Assembly (NCBI RefSeq): GCF_006345805.1
Contig: NW_021823914.1
Location: 1 to 20,537 of the forward strand
Direction of reading: 5' to 3'
Length of the DNA stretch: 20,537 bases
Origin: Octopus sinensis
Lineage: Eukaryota
This document shows positions 10,620-20,537 of the stretch, in pieces. The first letter of the stretch is position 1; the number at the start of each line of letters is the position of its first letter. Below the pieces are notes generated by a model. It was given only the letters and a program-made list of their open reading frames with translations. It was not told where the DNA came from and did no database searches. A program made the translations under genes and the position numbers.

Positions 10620-10824
10620 TTTAGCCGAAAGAAACGATCCCAGTCCTTGTTATATTTTTGTAAACCTGGTACTTATTCTATCTTTTGCCAAACCGCTAGA
10701 CCACAGGGGCTTAAACAAGCCAACGCCAGTTGTCAAGCGGTGATGGGCGAAACACAAACGCGCACACACACATACACGCATACATAATACATACATACAT
10801 ACATACATACATACATACATACAT

Positions 10825-10855
<31 letters not shown>

Positions 10856-11058
10856 TACATACATACATACATACATATGTGCCTCTCTGTGTGTGTACGA
10901 CGGACTTCTTTGAGTTACCGTCTCCCAAATCCACTCAAAAGTCTTTGGTCGATCCGAGGTTATAGTAGAAGACACATGGCCAAGATGCCATGCGGTGGGA
11001 CTGAACCTGGAACCATGTGGTTGAGAAGCAAAGTTCTTACCACACAACCATTCCTGCG
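10620..11058 (-). mobile_element. tRNA-derived SINE (third family) with an internal (CATA)n expansion
   Basis: Head gcaggaatggttgtgtggtaag...ggttcagtccc at 11058-10997. The body continues past the microsatellite (10770-10876) to about 10620. Confidence 0.75.
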
Positions 11059-11193
11059 ATGTATTCATTGTCTATTTACTTGCCATTTATTGCTTCATGC
11101 ATGTCTTTATATTCTATACACATTTCTATTTATATACATTTACACCAAATATATAAGTATATATGTATCTATGTTTGTATGCATATTTTGCCT

Positions 11194-11278
<85 letters not shown>

Positions 11279-11379
11279 GTAAGTAGGTAGATAGGTATGT
11301 AGGTATGTACATAGGTAGGTAGGTCGATAGATAGATAGGTAAATAGGTAGGTATGTAGGTAGGTATGTAGGTAGGTATG

Positions 11380-11470
<91 letters not shown>

Positions 11471-11573
11471 GTAGGTAGGTAGCTAGGTAGATAGATAGAT
11501 ACATACATACATACATACATACATACATACATACATACATACATACATACATACATACATACATACATACATA
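11194..11573. repeat. Compound (GATA)n/(GGTA)n/(CATA)n tetranucleotide array
   Basis: Directly visible. Confidence 0.95.
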
Positions 11574-12067
11574 GAAATTCCAGGCTAGCGTATGGCGGGT
11601 AAATTTTCCATTAATTCAAGCAAAAGTCTTTAATAGTTTCCTCATTCATTCGTTGTCATTCTTTTTAACTTATAACTTAAACAGATATTTAATATTTAAT
11701 ATTTAATATTTAATATTATTTTCTCGGAGCAAAAACTTACAAGAAACATATTCCACAGATGTTTTCAGTCAGCATAACGTATGCTATCACATTGCTGTCT
11801 CGCATTCACACTACAAATTACTGTGACACAAACACAGCGTTTAAATTAATACGCATTTAAAATTAAACTCTTGTCATATATAATATTTCCTGCACGCTTT
11901 AAATTTCCAGATGCCACGTTGTACAGCCATTTTCTTTTGTTTTTTTTTCTTATAAACAGAAACTCTTATTTCCAGTTATCAATCAAATAATGTAACTTGT
12001 ACTTTTACATCTTAACCTTCTCTCTTTGTTTAATATCTTGTATTTTATTTTTATTCTATTTTTTTTT

Positions 12068-12360
12068 TTTGTTTCGGTCATTTGACTGCGACCAAGCTGG
12101 GGCACCGTCTTGAAGGGTTTTAGTCGAATAAATCTACCCCCAATGGTTCATGTTTTTCTTAAGTCCATGATTTATTCTTGTCGCCTCTTTTGCCGAGACG
12201 CAAAGATACGGGGACGTAAGCAAACCAACGTCTGTCGGTGTGTGTGAGACCCAAAGACGAACACACAGACATACACACATATGTACATCGTCCTGGGGTC
12301 GATTTGCGCGACTAAATGCGGTGTTCCAACATGGCCGCAGTCAAATGACTGAAACAAGTA

Positions 12361-12367
<7 letters not shown>
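12068..12367. mobile_element. Two oppositely oriented SINE 3' ends (same family as 10620-11058)
   Basis: tgtttcggtcatttgactgcgacca at 12070 is the near reverse complement of tggccgcagtcaaatgactgaaaca at about 12332-12356. Confidence 0.7.
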
Positions 12368-12426
<59 letters not shown>

Positions 12427-12556
12427 ATATAGTATATATATATAATATATGTATATATGTATATATAATACGGGTGGTTTTTTAGCAATTTAGCAACCTA
12501 AATACAAATTTATAGACGTCACTAAAGTGACAGAGGGTACAAAGTGGTACCTGCAG

Positions 12557-13053
12557 TGCTAGAAATAAGAGTCAAAATTACTCGTTAGCCACAAAACCGC
12601 TATCTTAATAAGCTGACAAAGGAGACAAAGTTCCCTACGGTAGCAGACATACGCATATCTCTAGTGATTTTGAATCTTGATGCAGAACATCTTAATTCTC
12701 ATCCGTGGATCTTACAGCGCCTAGGGCTAACCTCAACTCATCTCATCAACTTATAAGAAAAACTGTTGAAAAGATGTGCTGATTTCAAAAACGGTAGAAG
12801 TGAATGCTATAAATAATATGGGTGACTTATTAGCAATTTAACAACTTAAAGGCAGATTTATAGACGAGGTGAGTTGAGCTTAACCCTAGGCACAGTAAAA
12901 GCCACTGATGAGAATTAAAATGGTCTGCATCAAAATTCGAAATCACTAGTGATATGGCTAGTCTGCGACCGTAAGGTTCTTTGTCTCACTTGTCAACTTA
13001 TTAAGATAGTGCTTTTGTGTCTAATGAGTCGTTTTCACACTCTTATTCTAGCA
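12557..13053. mobile_element. PLE-like inverted repeat (~188-bp arms) carrying hammerheads
   Basis: 12557-12744 vs 12866-13053; also a direct repeat, 12472-12518 vs 12820-12866. Confidence 0.8.
12900..12959 (+). ncRNA. Type I hammerhead ribozyme, canonical core
   Basis: AGCCA-CUGAUGA-GAAUU-(17 nt)-AAUUC-GAA-AUCACUAGUGAU-A-UGGCU. Stems I, II and III all pair; predicted cleavage after A12954. Confidence 0.88.
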
Positions 13054-13079
13054 ATACCTATATATAGATATATATATAT

Positions 13080-13117
<38 letters not shown>

Positions 13118-13347
13118 CAATATAGGATGAAGTCCCTTACTCTACAGCAAAGGAATTCATCAGGAAGCGTGGGCAGTATATTTAAAAAAACCGTTACGGT
13201 TGCAATATACATCATATAATTAAGGGCTAAAGAGGGTTATTCTAAAGCCAAATACACTGTTTTATCCACTTATAATCCGCTTGTTACAGGAAAATTGAAA
13301 CTGACTGAAAACGGGCACTAACCTTTAGAAATTTAAAATTTCGTTAT

Positions 13348-13411
13348 CTCTATATTGAATCAATTTCGGACTTAATCTTATAAAAAAAGATATATTCCTT
13401 CTTCAGTAGAA
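13348..13411 (-). ncRNA. Type I hammerhead ribozyme, unit 1
   Basis: UUCUA-CUGAAGA-A-GGA..AUCUU..AAGAU..UCC-GAA-AUUGAUUCAAU-A-UAGAG. Confidence 0.8.
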
Positions 13412-13848
13412 CTTTCGATGGGATATAAATAAAATACTCACGTATGATCATGGAAAAAGCACAAGCTAAAAACATAACTACACTTGAGTACATCACTTAT
13501 ATCTAAAAATAAAAATTCTTTGGTCAGCCTCAGAAAACACGTCCAGACCTTTCGCTTCGCCGCTACAAATTGTAATGGTTACCAGTCCTCCTGTAGCAAG
13601 CATCGAGTTTACTACTAAGCAATATAGGATGAAGTCCCTTACTCTCTACAGCAAAGGAATTCATCAGGAAGCGTGGGCAGTATATTTAAAAAAACCGTTA
13701 CGGTTGCAATATACATTCATATAATTAAGGGCTAAAGAGGGTTATCTAAAGCCAAATACACTGTTTTATCCACTTATAATCCGCTTGTTACAGGAAAATT
13801 GAAACTGAAAACGGGCAACTAACCTTTAGAAAATTTAAATTTCGTTAT

Positions 13849-13910
13849 CTCTATATTGATCAATTTCGGACTTAATCTATAAAAAAAGATATATTCCTTC
13901 TTCAGTAGAA
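13849..13910 (-). ncRNA. Type I hammerhead ribozyme, unit 2
   Basis: Same motif with a perfectly palindromic stem III, AUUGAUCAAU. Confidence 0.8.
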
Positions 13911-14348
13911 CTTTCGATGGGATATAAATAAAATACTCTAACGTATGATCATGGAAAAAAGCACAAGCTAAAAAACAAACACACTTGAGTACATCACTTA
14001 TATCTAAAATAAAAATTCTTTGGTCAGCCCAGAAAACAACGTCCAGACCTTTGCGCCGCTACAAATTGTAATGGTTACCAGTCCTCCTGTAGCAAGCATC
14101 GAGTTTACTACTAAGCAATATAGGGATGAAGTCCCTACTCTACAGCAAAGGAATTCATCAGGAAGCGTGGGCAGTATATTTAAAAAACCGTTACGGTTGC
14201 AATATACATCATATAATTAAGGCTTTAGAATAACCCTCTTTAGCCCCTTATTTTTAGATATAAGTGATGTACTCAAGTGTAGTTATGTTTTTAGCTTGTG
14301 CTTTTTCCATGATCATACGTGAGTATTTTATTTATATCCCATCGAAAG

Positions 14349-14408
14349 TTCTACTGAGAGAATATATCTTTTTTATAAGATTAAGTCCGAAATTGATTCA
14401 ATATAGAG
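14349..14408 (+). ncRNA. Hammerhead copy in inverted unit, core damaged
   Basis: ttcta-ctgagag...tcc-gaaattgattcaatatagag; deletions in CUGAAGA and stem II. Confidence 0.55.
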
Positions 14409-14839
14409 ATAACGAAATTTAAATTTTCTAAAGGTTAGTTGCCCGTTTTCAGTTTCAATTTTCCTGTAACAAGCGGATTATAAGTGGATAAAACAGTGTA
14501 TTTGGCTTTAGAATAACCCTCTTTAGCCCTTAATTATATGATGTATATTGCAACCGTAACGGTTTTTTTAAATATACGTACCTACTGACGCTTCCTGATG
14601 AATTCCTTTGCTGTAGAGTAAGGGACTTCATCCTATATTGCTTAGTAGTAAACTCGATGCTTGCTACAGGACTGGTAACCACCATTACAATTTGTAGCGG
14701 CGAAAGGTCTGGACGTTGTTTTCTGAGGCTGACCAAAGAATTTTTATTTTAGATATAAGTGATGTACTCAAGTGTAGTTATGTTTTTAGCTTGTGCTGTT
14801 CACATGATCGTGCGTGAGTATTTTCCATATCCACGATTC

Positions 14840-14900
14840 TTCTACTGAAGAAGGAATATATCTTTTTTTAAGATTAGTCCGATAATTGATTCATATAGAC
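14840..14900 (+). ncRNA. Hammerhead copy in inverted unit, GAAA damaged
   Basis: ttcta-ctgaaga-agga...tcc-gataattgattcatatagac. Confidence 0.55.
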
Positions 14901-15058
14901 ATATCGAAATTTAAATTTTCTAAAGGTTAGTTGCCCGTTTTCAGTTTCAATTTTCCTGTAACAAGCGGATTATAAGTGGATAAACATGTGTATTTGGCTT
15001 TAGAATAACCCTCTTTAGCCCTTAATTATATGATATATATATATATATATATATATAA

Positions 15059-15333
15059 TAAGGAGCACTCCGATACAATCAACAGAACAGCCTGCTCGTG
15101 AAATTAACGTGCAAGTGGCTGAGCACTCCACAGACACATGTACCCTTAACGTATTTCACAGGGAGATTCAGCGTGACACCCCTTTTGAAATACAGGTACT
15201 ACTCATTTTTTGCCAGCTGAGTGAATTGGAGCAACATGAAATAAAGTGTCTTACTCAAAGACAGAATGCGTCGCCGGGAATTGAACTCACGACCTTACGA
15301 TCGTGAGCCGAATGCCCCAACCACTAAGCCACA
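15059..15333 (-). mobile_element. tRNA-derived CORE-like SINE (same family as 4137-4286)
   Basis: Minus strand gtggcttagtggttgggg...gagttcaattcccgg...ctttgagtaagacactttatttcatgttgctcca. Confidence 0.8.
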
Positions 15334-15393
15334 CTAAGGCACACACACACCACACACAACACACACACACACACACCACACACACACTATATA

Positions 15394-15450
<57 letters not shown>

Positions 15451-15875
15451 CAAAATATATGTTGATGGAATTTTACCATATCATATGAACAATATAGTGC
15501 TGACGGAGGCGTCGGAAGAAATAATTTCTCGAGTTGATTCCAATGACGGAGATCTGTCATGTCCCTTTTTCTAACTGATCACTGGGAAACTTCAATTTTT
15601 ATAATATTTTGTTTCGTGTAGGGAAACCACGGCTGACAACAGTATTCAAGGTGACGGCGAGCAAAATTAAAGAAGACAGGAATAATTGTAGAAATATTTC
15701 TAGACCGGAAAGAAACGCAAAAAAAAAAATTATAAAGTTTAGAAAAACTGTGGTGCTAGTGTGCCATAGTCCTATGGTTAAGCAATCTCCCGAAATGTTT
15801 CCTTCTCAAGCCATGCCAGGTTCATAAGAGACGATCCACTGAAGGCTCACGTGGGTTTGGTCTTGCAAACATACC

Positions 15876-16282
15876 TATTTCTTTACTACCCACAGGGGGC
15901 TACACACAGAGAGGACAAACAAGGACAAACAAAGGGATTAAGTCGATTATTACGACCCCAGTGCGTAACTGGTATTTATTTAATCGACCCCGAAAGGATG
16001 AAAGGCAAAGTCGACCTCGGCGGAATTTGAACTCAGAACGTAGTGGCAGACGAAATACCTATTTCTTTACTACCCACAAGGGGCTAAACAAAGAGAGGAC
16101 AAACGAATGGATTAAGTCGATTATATCGACCCCAGTGCGTAACTGGTACTTATTTAATCGACCCCGAAAGGATGAAAGGCAAAGTCGACCTCGGCGGAAT
16201 TTGAACTCAGAACGTAACGGCAGACGAAATACCGCTAAGCATTTCGCCCGGCGTGCTAACGTTTCTGCCAATTCACCGCCTT
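15876..16282 (-). mobile_element. Meta-like SINE with a tandemly duplicated body, bounded by a 15-bp TSD
   Basis: TSD tcttgcaaacatacc at 15861-15875 and 16283-16297; two body copies with a junction near 16054. Confidence 0.9.
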
Positions 16283-16907
16283 TCTTGCAAACATACCACT
16301 ACACGCCCTCCAGCGTGCCAGGGCTATGTTGTATTTAGTAACGGCACTTTGAGTTCTAGTTCAAATCCTATTGGAAGAAACTTGCTGTTTTATATCTCCT
16401 GGGTCGATAGACTACAAACACCAGTAAAGTACTAACGTTCGTTTAATCGACTAAATCCGTCGCACAAAATACATGTCCTTACCACAACGTCACAAACCGA
16501 TATCATTCATGGACGGTGGGCAGAAAATTGGAGTCGACCTGGGTGAGAGGTTAAGATAGTGGACAAGAAATCCTATACGGATTATCGCTCCATTGGTTCG
16601 AATACTATCAGTGGCGTTGGTAAAGCTTAAAGCATTAAAGTGTTGGAAACAGAGCAGTTCCGAACTAAAGGTCAGACAGGATTTTTGTAGTGTCCCTTTA
16701 AGTTTTGAACTCAATCTCACCTTTCGTATTTCCGGCATCAACAAAATCAATACCAGTCAAGTATAATGTATTGATGCAATATATTTATGTACATATACGT
16801 AAGTGCGACTGTACATGTGTAAATGTATGTGTCTGTATGTGTATCTGTACACAACTGTTCACGTATTTGTTTGTGTGTGTGTGTATGTGTGTATCAACAA
16901 TTTACTC

Positions 16908-16945
<38 letters not shown>

Positions 16946-16997
16946 GCGCCTTCATATATATATATATATATAGGTGTGTGTGTGTGTGTGTGTGTGT

Positions 16998-17305
16998 GGA
17001 GGCGCAACGGCCCAGTGGTTAGGGCAGCGGACTCGCGGTCGGAGGATCGCAGTTTCGATTCTCAGTCCGGGCGTTGTGTGTGTTTATTGAGCGAAAACAC
17101 CTAAAAAGCTCCACGAGGCACCGGCAGGGGTGTGTGGAGACCCCTGTTGTACTTTTTCGCCCCATCATTCTCTCACTCTCTCTTCCGGTTTCTTGAGTAA
17201 CGCTGCGATGGACTGGCGTCCCGTCCTGCTGGGGGGAACACATACGCCGCAGAATCCGGGAAACCGGGCCCGTGAGCCTGGCTAAGCTTCAAAAGGGCGA
17301 CGTTT
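16998..17305 (+). mobile_element. tRNA-derived SINE with V-domain-like segment
   Basis: A-box-like ggcccagtggttagggc, B-box-like gtttcgattc, and gctgcgatggactggcgtcccgtcc (V-SINE-like). Confidence 0.75.
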
Positions 17306-17313
17306 ATCGTTTA

Positions 17314-18720
17314 CTAGCAGTATCGCCCGGCGTTGCTCGGGTTTGTAAGGGAAATAACTATATAAGCCTTTTTAGTGAGTTATAGCAAAAAAATAGCAAA
17401 AAATGCATTAAAAATGGAATAAAAAATTATGGTAATTTTTTTTAAATCGTTGACTCATCGTAGACATTTTTAGAGAGTTACTTCCCTTATATAATAGCGA
17501 AAAATGCATTAAAATGGAATAAAAAATTATGGTAATTTTTTTTAAATCGTAGACTCATCGTAGACGCGCGCTAATACCCAAAAGGGCTCGATATGAATCA
17601 CGACTATAAGATACCCGGTTTTGGTTACACTGCACCGCAAAATGTGGGAGTAGTTAGGAATCTAAATCGTAGGAGACAGACACACAACCTTACTTTTATA
17701 TATAAAGACTAGCAGTATCGCCCGGCGTTGCTCGGGTTTGTAAGGGAAATAACTATATAAGCATTTTTAGAGAGTTACTTCCCTTATAGATGCCAATTCG
17801 GGCTTTCTTGGCCATTTCTGTTTTGGTGTCTTCAAGCCATGAAGTCGTTGTTCTAAAATAACGCTGGTCCCCTTGACAACGCTTTACGACGTTGATTTCC
17901 TTACACTCCCTTCCCCACAGCTTCACGAGGGAGGGAAGAAGGGGGAGAAGCAACACAGGTGCCGGTGTGAGCGTGGACGCCAACTCCGCCGCCATTAAAA
18001 TATGCATTAAAATGGAATAAAAAATGATGTTAAATTATTTTTAAAATCGTAGACTCATCGTAGACGCGCGCTAATACCCAGACGGGCTCGATTTGAATCA
18101 CGACTATAAGATACCCGAATTTGGTTAAACTGCACCGCAAAATGTGGGAGTAGTTAGGAATCTAAATCGAAGGGGACAGACACTCACACAACTACAGTTT
18201 TATATATATAGATTTGTGCAACAACTAAAACATTCGGTTGTGCAAATTGTTTGCACAGGAAATCTGCCCTGTGTGGAGGTAATTGCCGTTTTTTGTGGAT
18301 CTGTTTCAGCTTTTTTAGCGATTTCTGTTTTGGCGACTTCAAGCCATGAAGTCGTTGTTCTAAAAGAACGCTGGTCTCCTTGACAACGCATTACGACGCT
18401 AATACCCAGACGGGCTCGATATGAATCACGACTATAAGATACCCGAATTTGGTTAAACTGCACCGCAAAATGTGGGAATAGTTAGGAATCTAAATTGAAG
18501 GGGACAGACACTCACACAACTACCTACAGTTTTATTATATAGATATATATATATATATATTATATATATATATAATATATATATAAAACTGTAGTTGTGT
18601 GAGTGTCTGCACCGCAAAATGTGGGTGTAGTTAGGAATCTTAATCGAAGGGGACAGACACTCACACAACTACAGTTTTATATATATAGATTTGTGCAACA
18701 GTTTTATATATATAGATAAA
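17314..18720 (-). mobile_element. Tandem cluster of non-autonomous Helitrons
   Basis: Complete units at 17314-17708 and 17709-18212 (TC...hairpin-CTAG on minus); further 5' ends at about 18543 and 18689. Confidence 0.88.
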
Positions 18721-18733
18721 ACTATATATATAG

Positions 18734-19492
18734 TTGTAGGAGCTCTATCGGGCATTCTATTACAATCTCCTTCAGCCATTTGTCTACATCTTTGTTTATT
18801 GCTCCCAACACACCGATTATTATAGACACGACTTTTACTGTTCGCATGTTCCAAATTCTTTCCATTTCAATTTTTAAAGGATTGTATTTTCTTTGTTTCT
18901 CTTCTTTCATTACGATCCTGGAATCAAACAGGCATGATGGGTCGATAACTAAGCAACTTTGCTTTTCCTTATCTACGATTGTAATATCTGGTCTATTATT
19001 TTCTAATTCCTTGGCCGTTTGAATAGGAAAGTTTCACAAAATCTTACAGTTCTCCAACTCCCATACTCTGTCGACTCGATTATTGTACCGTGTTTCCAGC
19101 TTCAAATCCCCATATCACGTACAGTTTCCAGTGTAAAACTTTTACAAGCTGGTCGTGCTTCCATTTCTTATATTCTTCCTGTGCCAACTTGGGGCATCCT
19201 GCCATAATGCGTGTCACTGTCTCGTTCCAAGTTCCACAGGTTCTACATTTTACTGACACATTCTCTCCATATATATTTTATCTCAAGTTGTTTGTTTATA
19301 CCACTTGATCTTGGGCTGCTACAACCAGGTTCTCTGTTTCTTTCTTTAATTACCCCTTTTTTAACCAAGCCCAGAATTTTTTCCACATCTCCAGTGGCTC
19401 TCCAAAATTGGCCATGCAATGGTTTCTCTTTGTTCTGTCTCACGTGCTCTCTTTGCATTTCGCTCTTGTCCTTTTCCCCTTTTACACGCGTC
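18734..19492 (-). pseudogene. R4/Dong-type LINE fragment: CCHC zinc knuckle plus restriction-like endonuclease
   Basis: KPLHGQFWR, AAQDQ, CRTCGTWNETVTRIMAGC, HDQLVKVLHWKL, NNRPDITIVDKEKQSCLVID, KYNPLKIEMERIW, IIIGVLGAI; frameshifted. The 5' junction lies in (TAA)n/(TGA)n. Confidence 0.92.
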
Positions 19493-19527
19493 ATCATCAT
19501 CATTATCATCATTATTATTATTATTAC

Positions 19528-19587
<60 letters not shown>

Positions 19588-19602
19588 CATCATCATCAAT
19601 TA

Positions 19603-19639
<37 letters not shown>

Positions 19640-19728
19640 TATATATTTATTATTATTATTATTATCACATTATTATTATTATTATATTATTTATTATTAT
19701 TATTATTATTATTATTCAATAATAAAAT

Positions 19729-19941
19729 AAGGCACCGAGCGGACGGAATCGTTAGCACGCTGGACGATATGCTTTGCTGTATTTCGCCCGTCGCTCCGTT
19801 CTGAGATCAAATTACACTATGGTCGACTTTACCTTTCATTCTTTCGGGGTCGATAAAATAAGTTCCAGTTGAACAGTGGGGTCGATGTAATCGATTCATC
19901 ACCTCCCCCAAAATTGCTGCCCTTGTTACAAAATTTGAAAC
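19729..19941 (+). mobile_element. Meta-like tRNA SINE
   Basis: gaatcgttagcacgctgg...ggtcgactttacctttcattctttcggggtcgataaaataag. Confidence 0.85.
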
Positions 19942-19967
19942 TTATTCTATTGGTGTCTTTTACCGAC

Positions 19968-20177
19968 AAATGGGACAACAAAGCATCCAGATAGACGATA
20001 CAAGGAAAACAAGGACGGGTCATTCGAAGTTTTCTTTCTTCAATCAAGTACCAGATTATCTTCACAATCAGCCGAAATTGCGAACATAATCTGGTACTTG
20101 ACTGAGGAACGAAAACTTCGAATGATCCGTCCTTGTTTTTCTTGTATCGTCTATCTGGATGCTTTGTTGTCCCATTT
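19968..20177. repeat. Inverted repeat, ~100-bp arms, 8-nt loop
   Basis: 19968-20068 vs 20077-20177, few mismatches. Confidence 0.92.
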
Positions 20178-20296
20178 TTCGTATCACCTAACTGTCTGGA
20201 ATGTTTTGTGTTCTTGTCCCATTTTGTATTATATATAATATATATTTGGAGATGTACTCGCAATCAGGATTTGATCGTGAGATGTGTGCTGAAACG

Positions 20297-20501
20297 AAAA
20301 CAATTGCAGCGTGGAGGTGTTTGTAAGCCATTTAAGAAACCACAAAACCGTTCGATTCACTTCACATTTAAGTTTAATTTGTCAAAATATTTTCGTCGCT
20401 AAAATCCGCGACCTGTTCACTGACAAAAATCCGTGCTGCAATCTAACAGTTTTTTGGTGTGTTCTTAAATGGCTTACAACACTTCCTCCTGCAATTGTTT
20501 T
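20297..20501. repeat. Inverted repeat (~60-bp arms) enclosing a variant hammerhead
   Basis: 20297-20357 vs 20440-20501. Confidence 0.85.
20378..20427 (-). ncRNA. Minimal type I hammerhead with a G3:C8 core variant
   Basis: UUUGUCA-GUGAACA-G-GUCGC-ggauuuua-GCGAC-GAA-AAUAUU-U-UGACAAA. Confidence 0.75.
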
Positions 20502-20502
20502 A

Positions 20503-20537
<35 letters not shown>

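Larger units (their letters stand above)
13115..15033. repeat. ~500-bp unit array: about 2.2 direct units, then about 1.6 inverted units, flanked by (TA)n; one hammerhead per unit
   Basis: Unit starts aagcaatatagg at 13115, 13617 and 14113. Inversion at about 14221-14250; inverted period about 495 (agatataagt at 14256 and 14751). Confidence 0.95.

Noticed and set aside
10650-11568. Long ORFs with YVCM, HTYI and YLSI repeats (likewise the IY and poly-I/Y/L/D/T ORFs elsewhere)
   Set aside because: Microsatellite translations.
14590-14715. Second CTGATGA...CGAAAGGTC in the 500-bp unit as another hammerhead, or a SECIS element
   Set aside because: CTGATGA is sequestered in a gatgaa/ttcatc hairpin; there is no convincing stem I or III and no SECIS GA quartet.
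14020-14736. Similar 66-68 aa ORFs on opposite strands
   Set aside because: They arise from the inverted repeat unit. The start is TTG, the frames differ between copies and there is no recognisable motif.
13115-15033. CRISPR-like or prokaryotic repeat system
   Set aside because: No short repeat/unique spacer pattern; the context is eukaryotic repetitive DNA.
15621-15649. Possible micro-exon (tttcgtgtag|...caag|gtgacg)
   Set aside because: Weak donor and no homology or transcript evidence available.
19968-20177. Hammerhead in this fold-back (ctgagga...cgaa)
   Set aside because: No GAAA/UH arrangement with a pairing stem I.

Overview
AT-rich, gene-free eukaryotic DNA made almost entirely of microsatellites and transposable-element relics. 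The SINE and repeat complement looks like octopus/cephalopod (inference from recalled repeat families, not a database result). No intact protein-coding gene is supported. The ORF track is mostly microsatellite translation plus decayed transposon ORFs: two DD37D (maT) Tc1/mariner transposases, R4/Dong-type RLE LINE fragments, several tRNA-derived SINE families and non-autonomous Helitrons, including a seamless head-to-tail tandem. The most notable signal is non-coding. Several unrelated repeat families sit as inverted (fold-back) pairs in or next to (TA)n or (TTA)n tracts and carry type I hammerhead ribozyme (HHR) motifs with palindromic stem III, typical of Penelope-like elements (PLEs) and retrozymes. 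These include a ~500-bp tandem/inverted array with one HHR per unit (candidate retrozyme, predicted 501-nt monomer), a canonical HHR at 12900-12959, and an HHR with a compensatory G3:C8 core swap at 20378-20427. All folds were checked by eye and none has been tested for activity.
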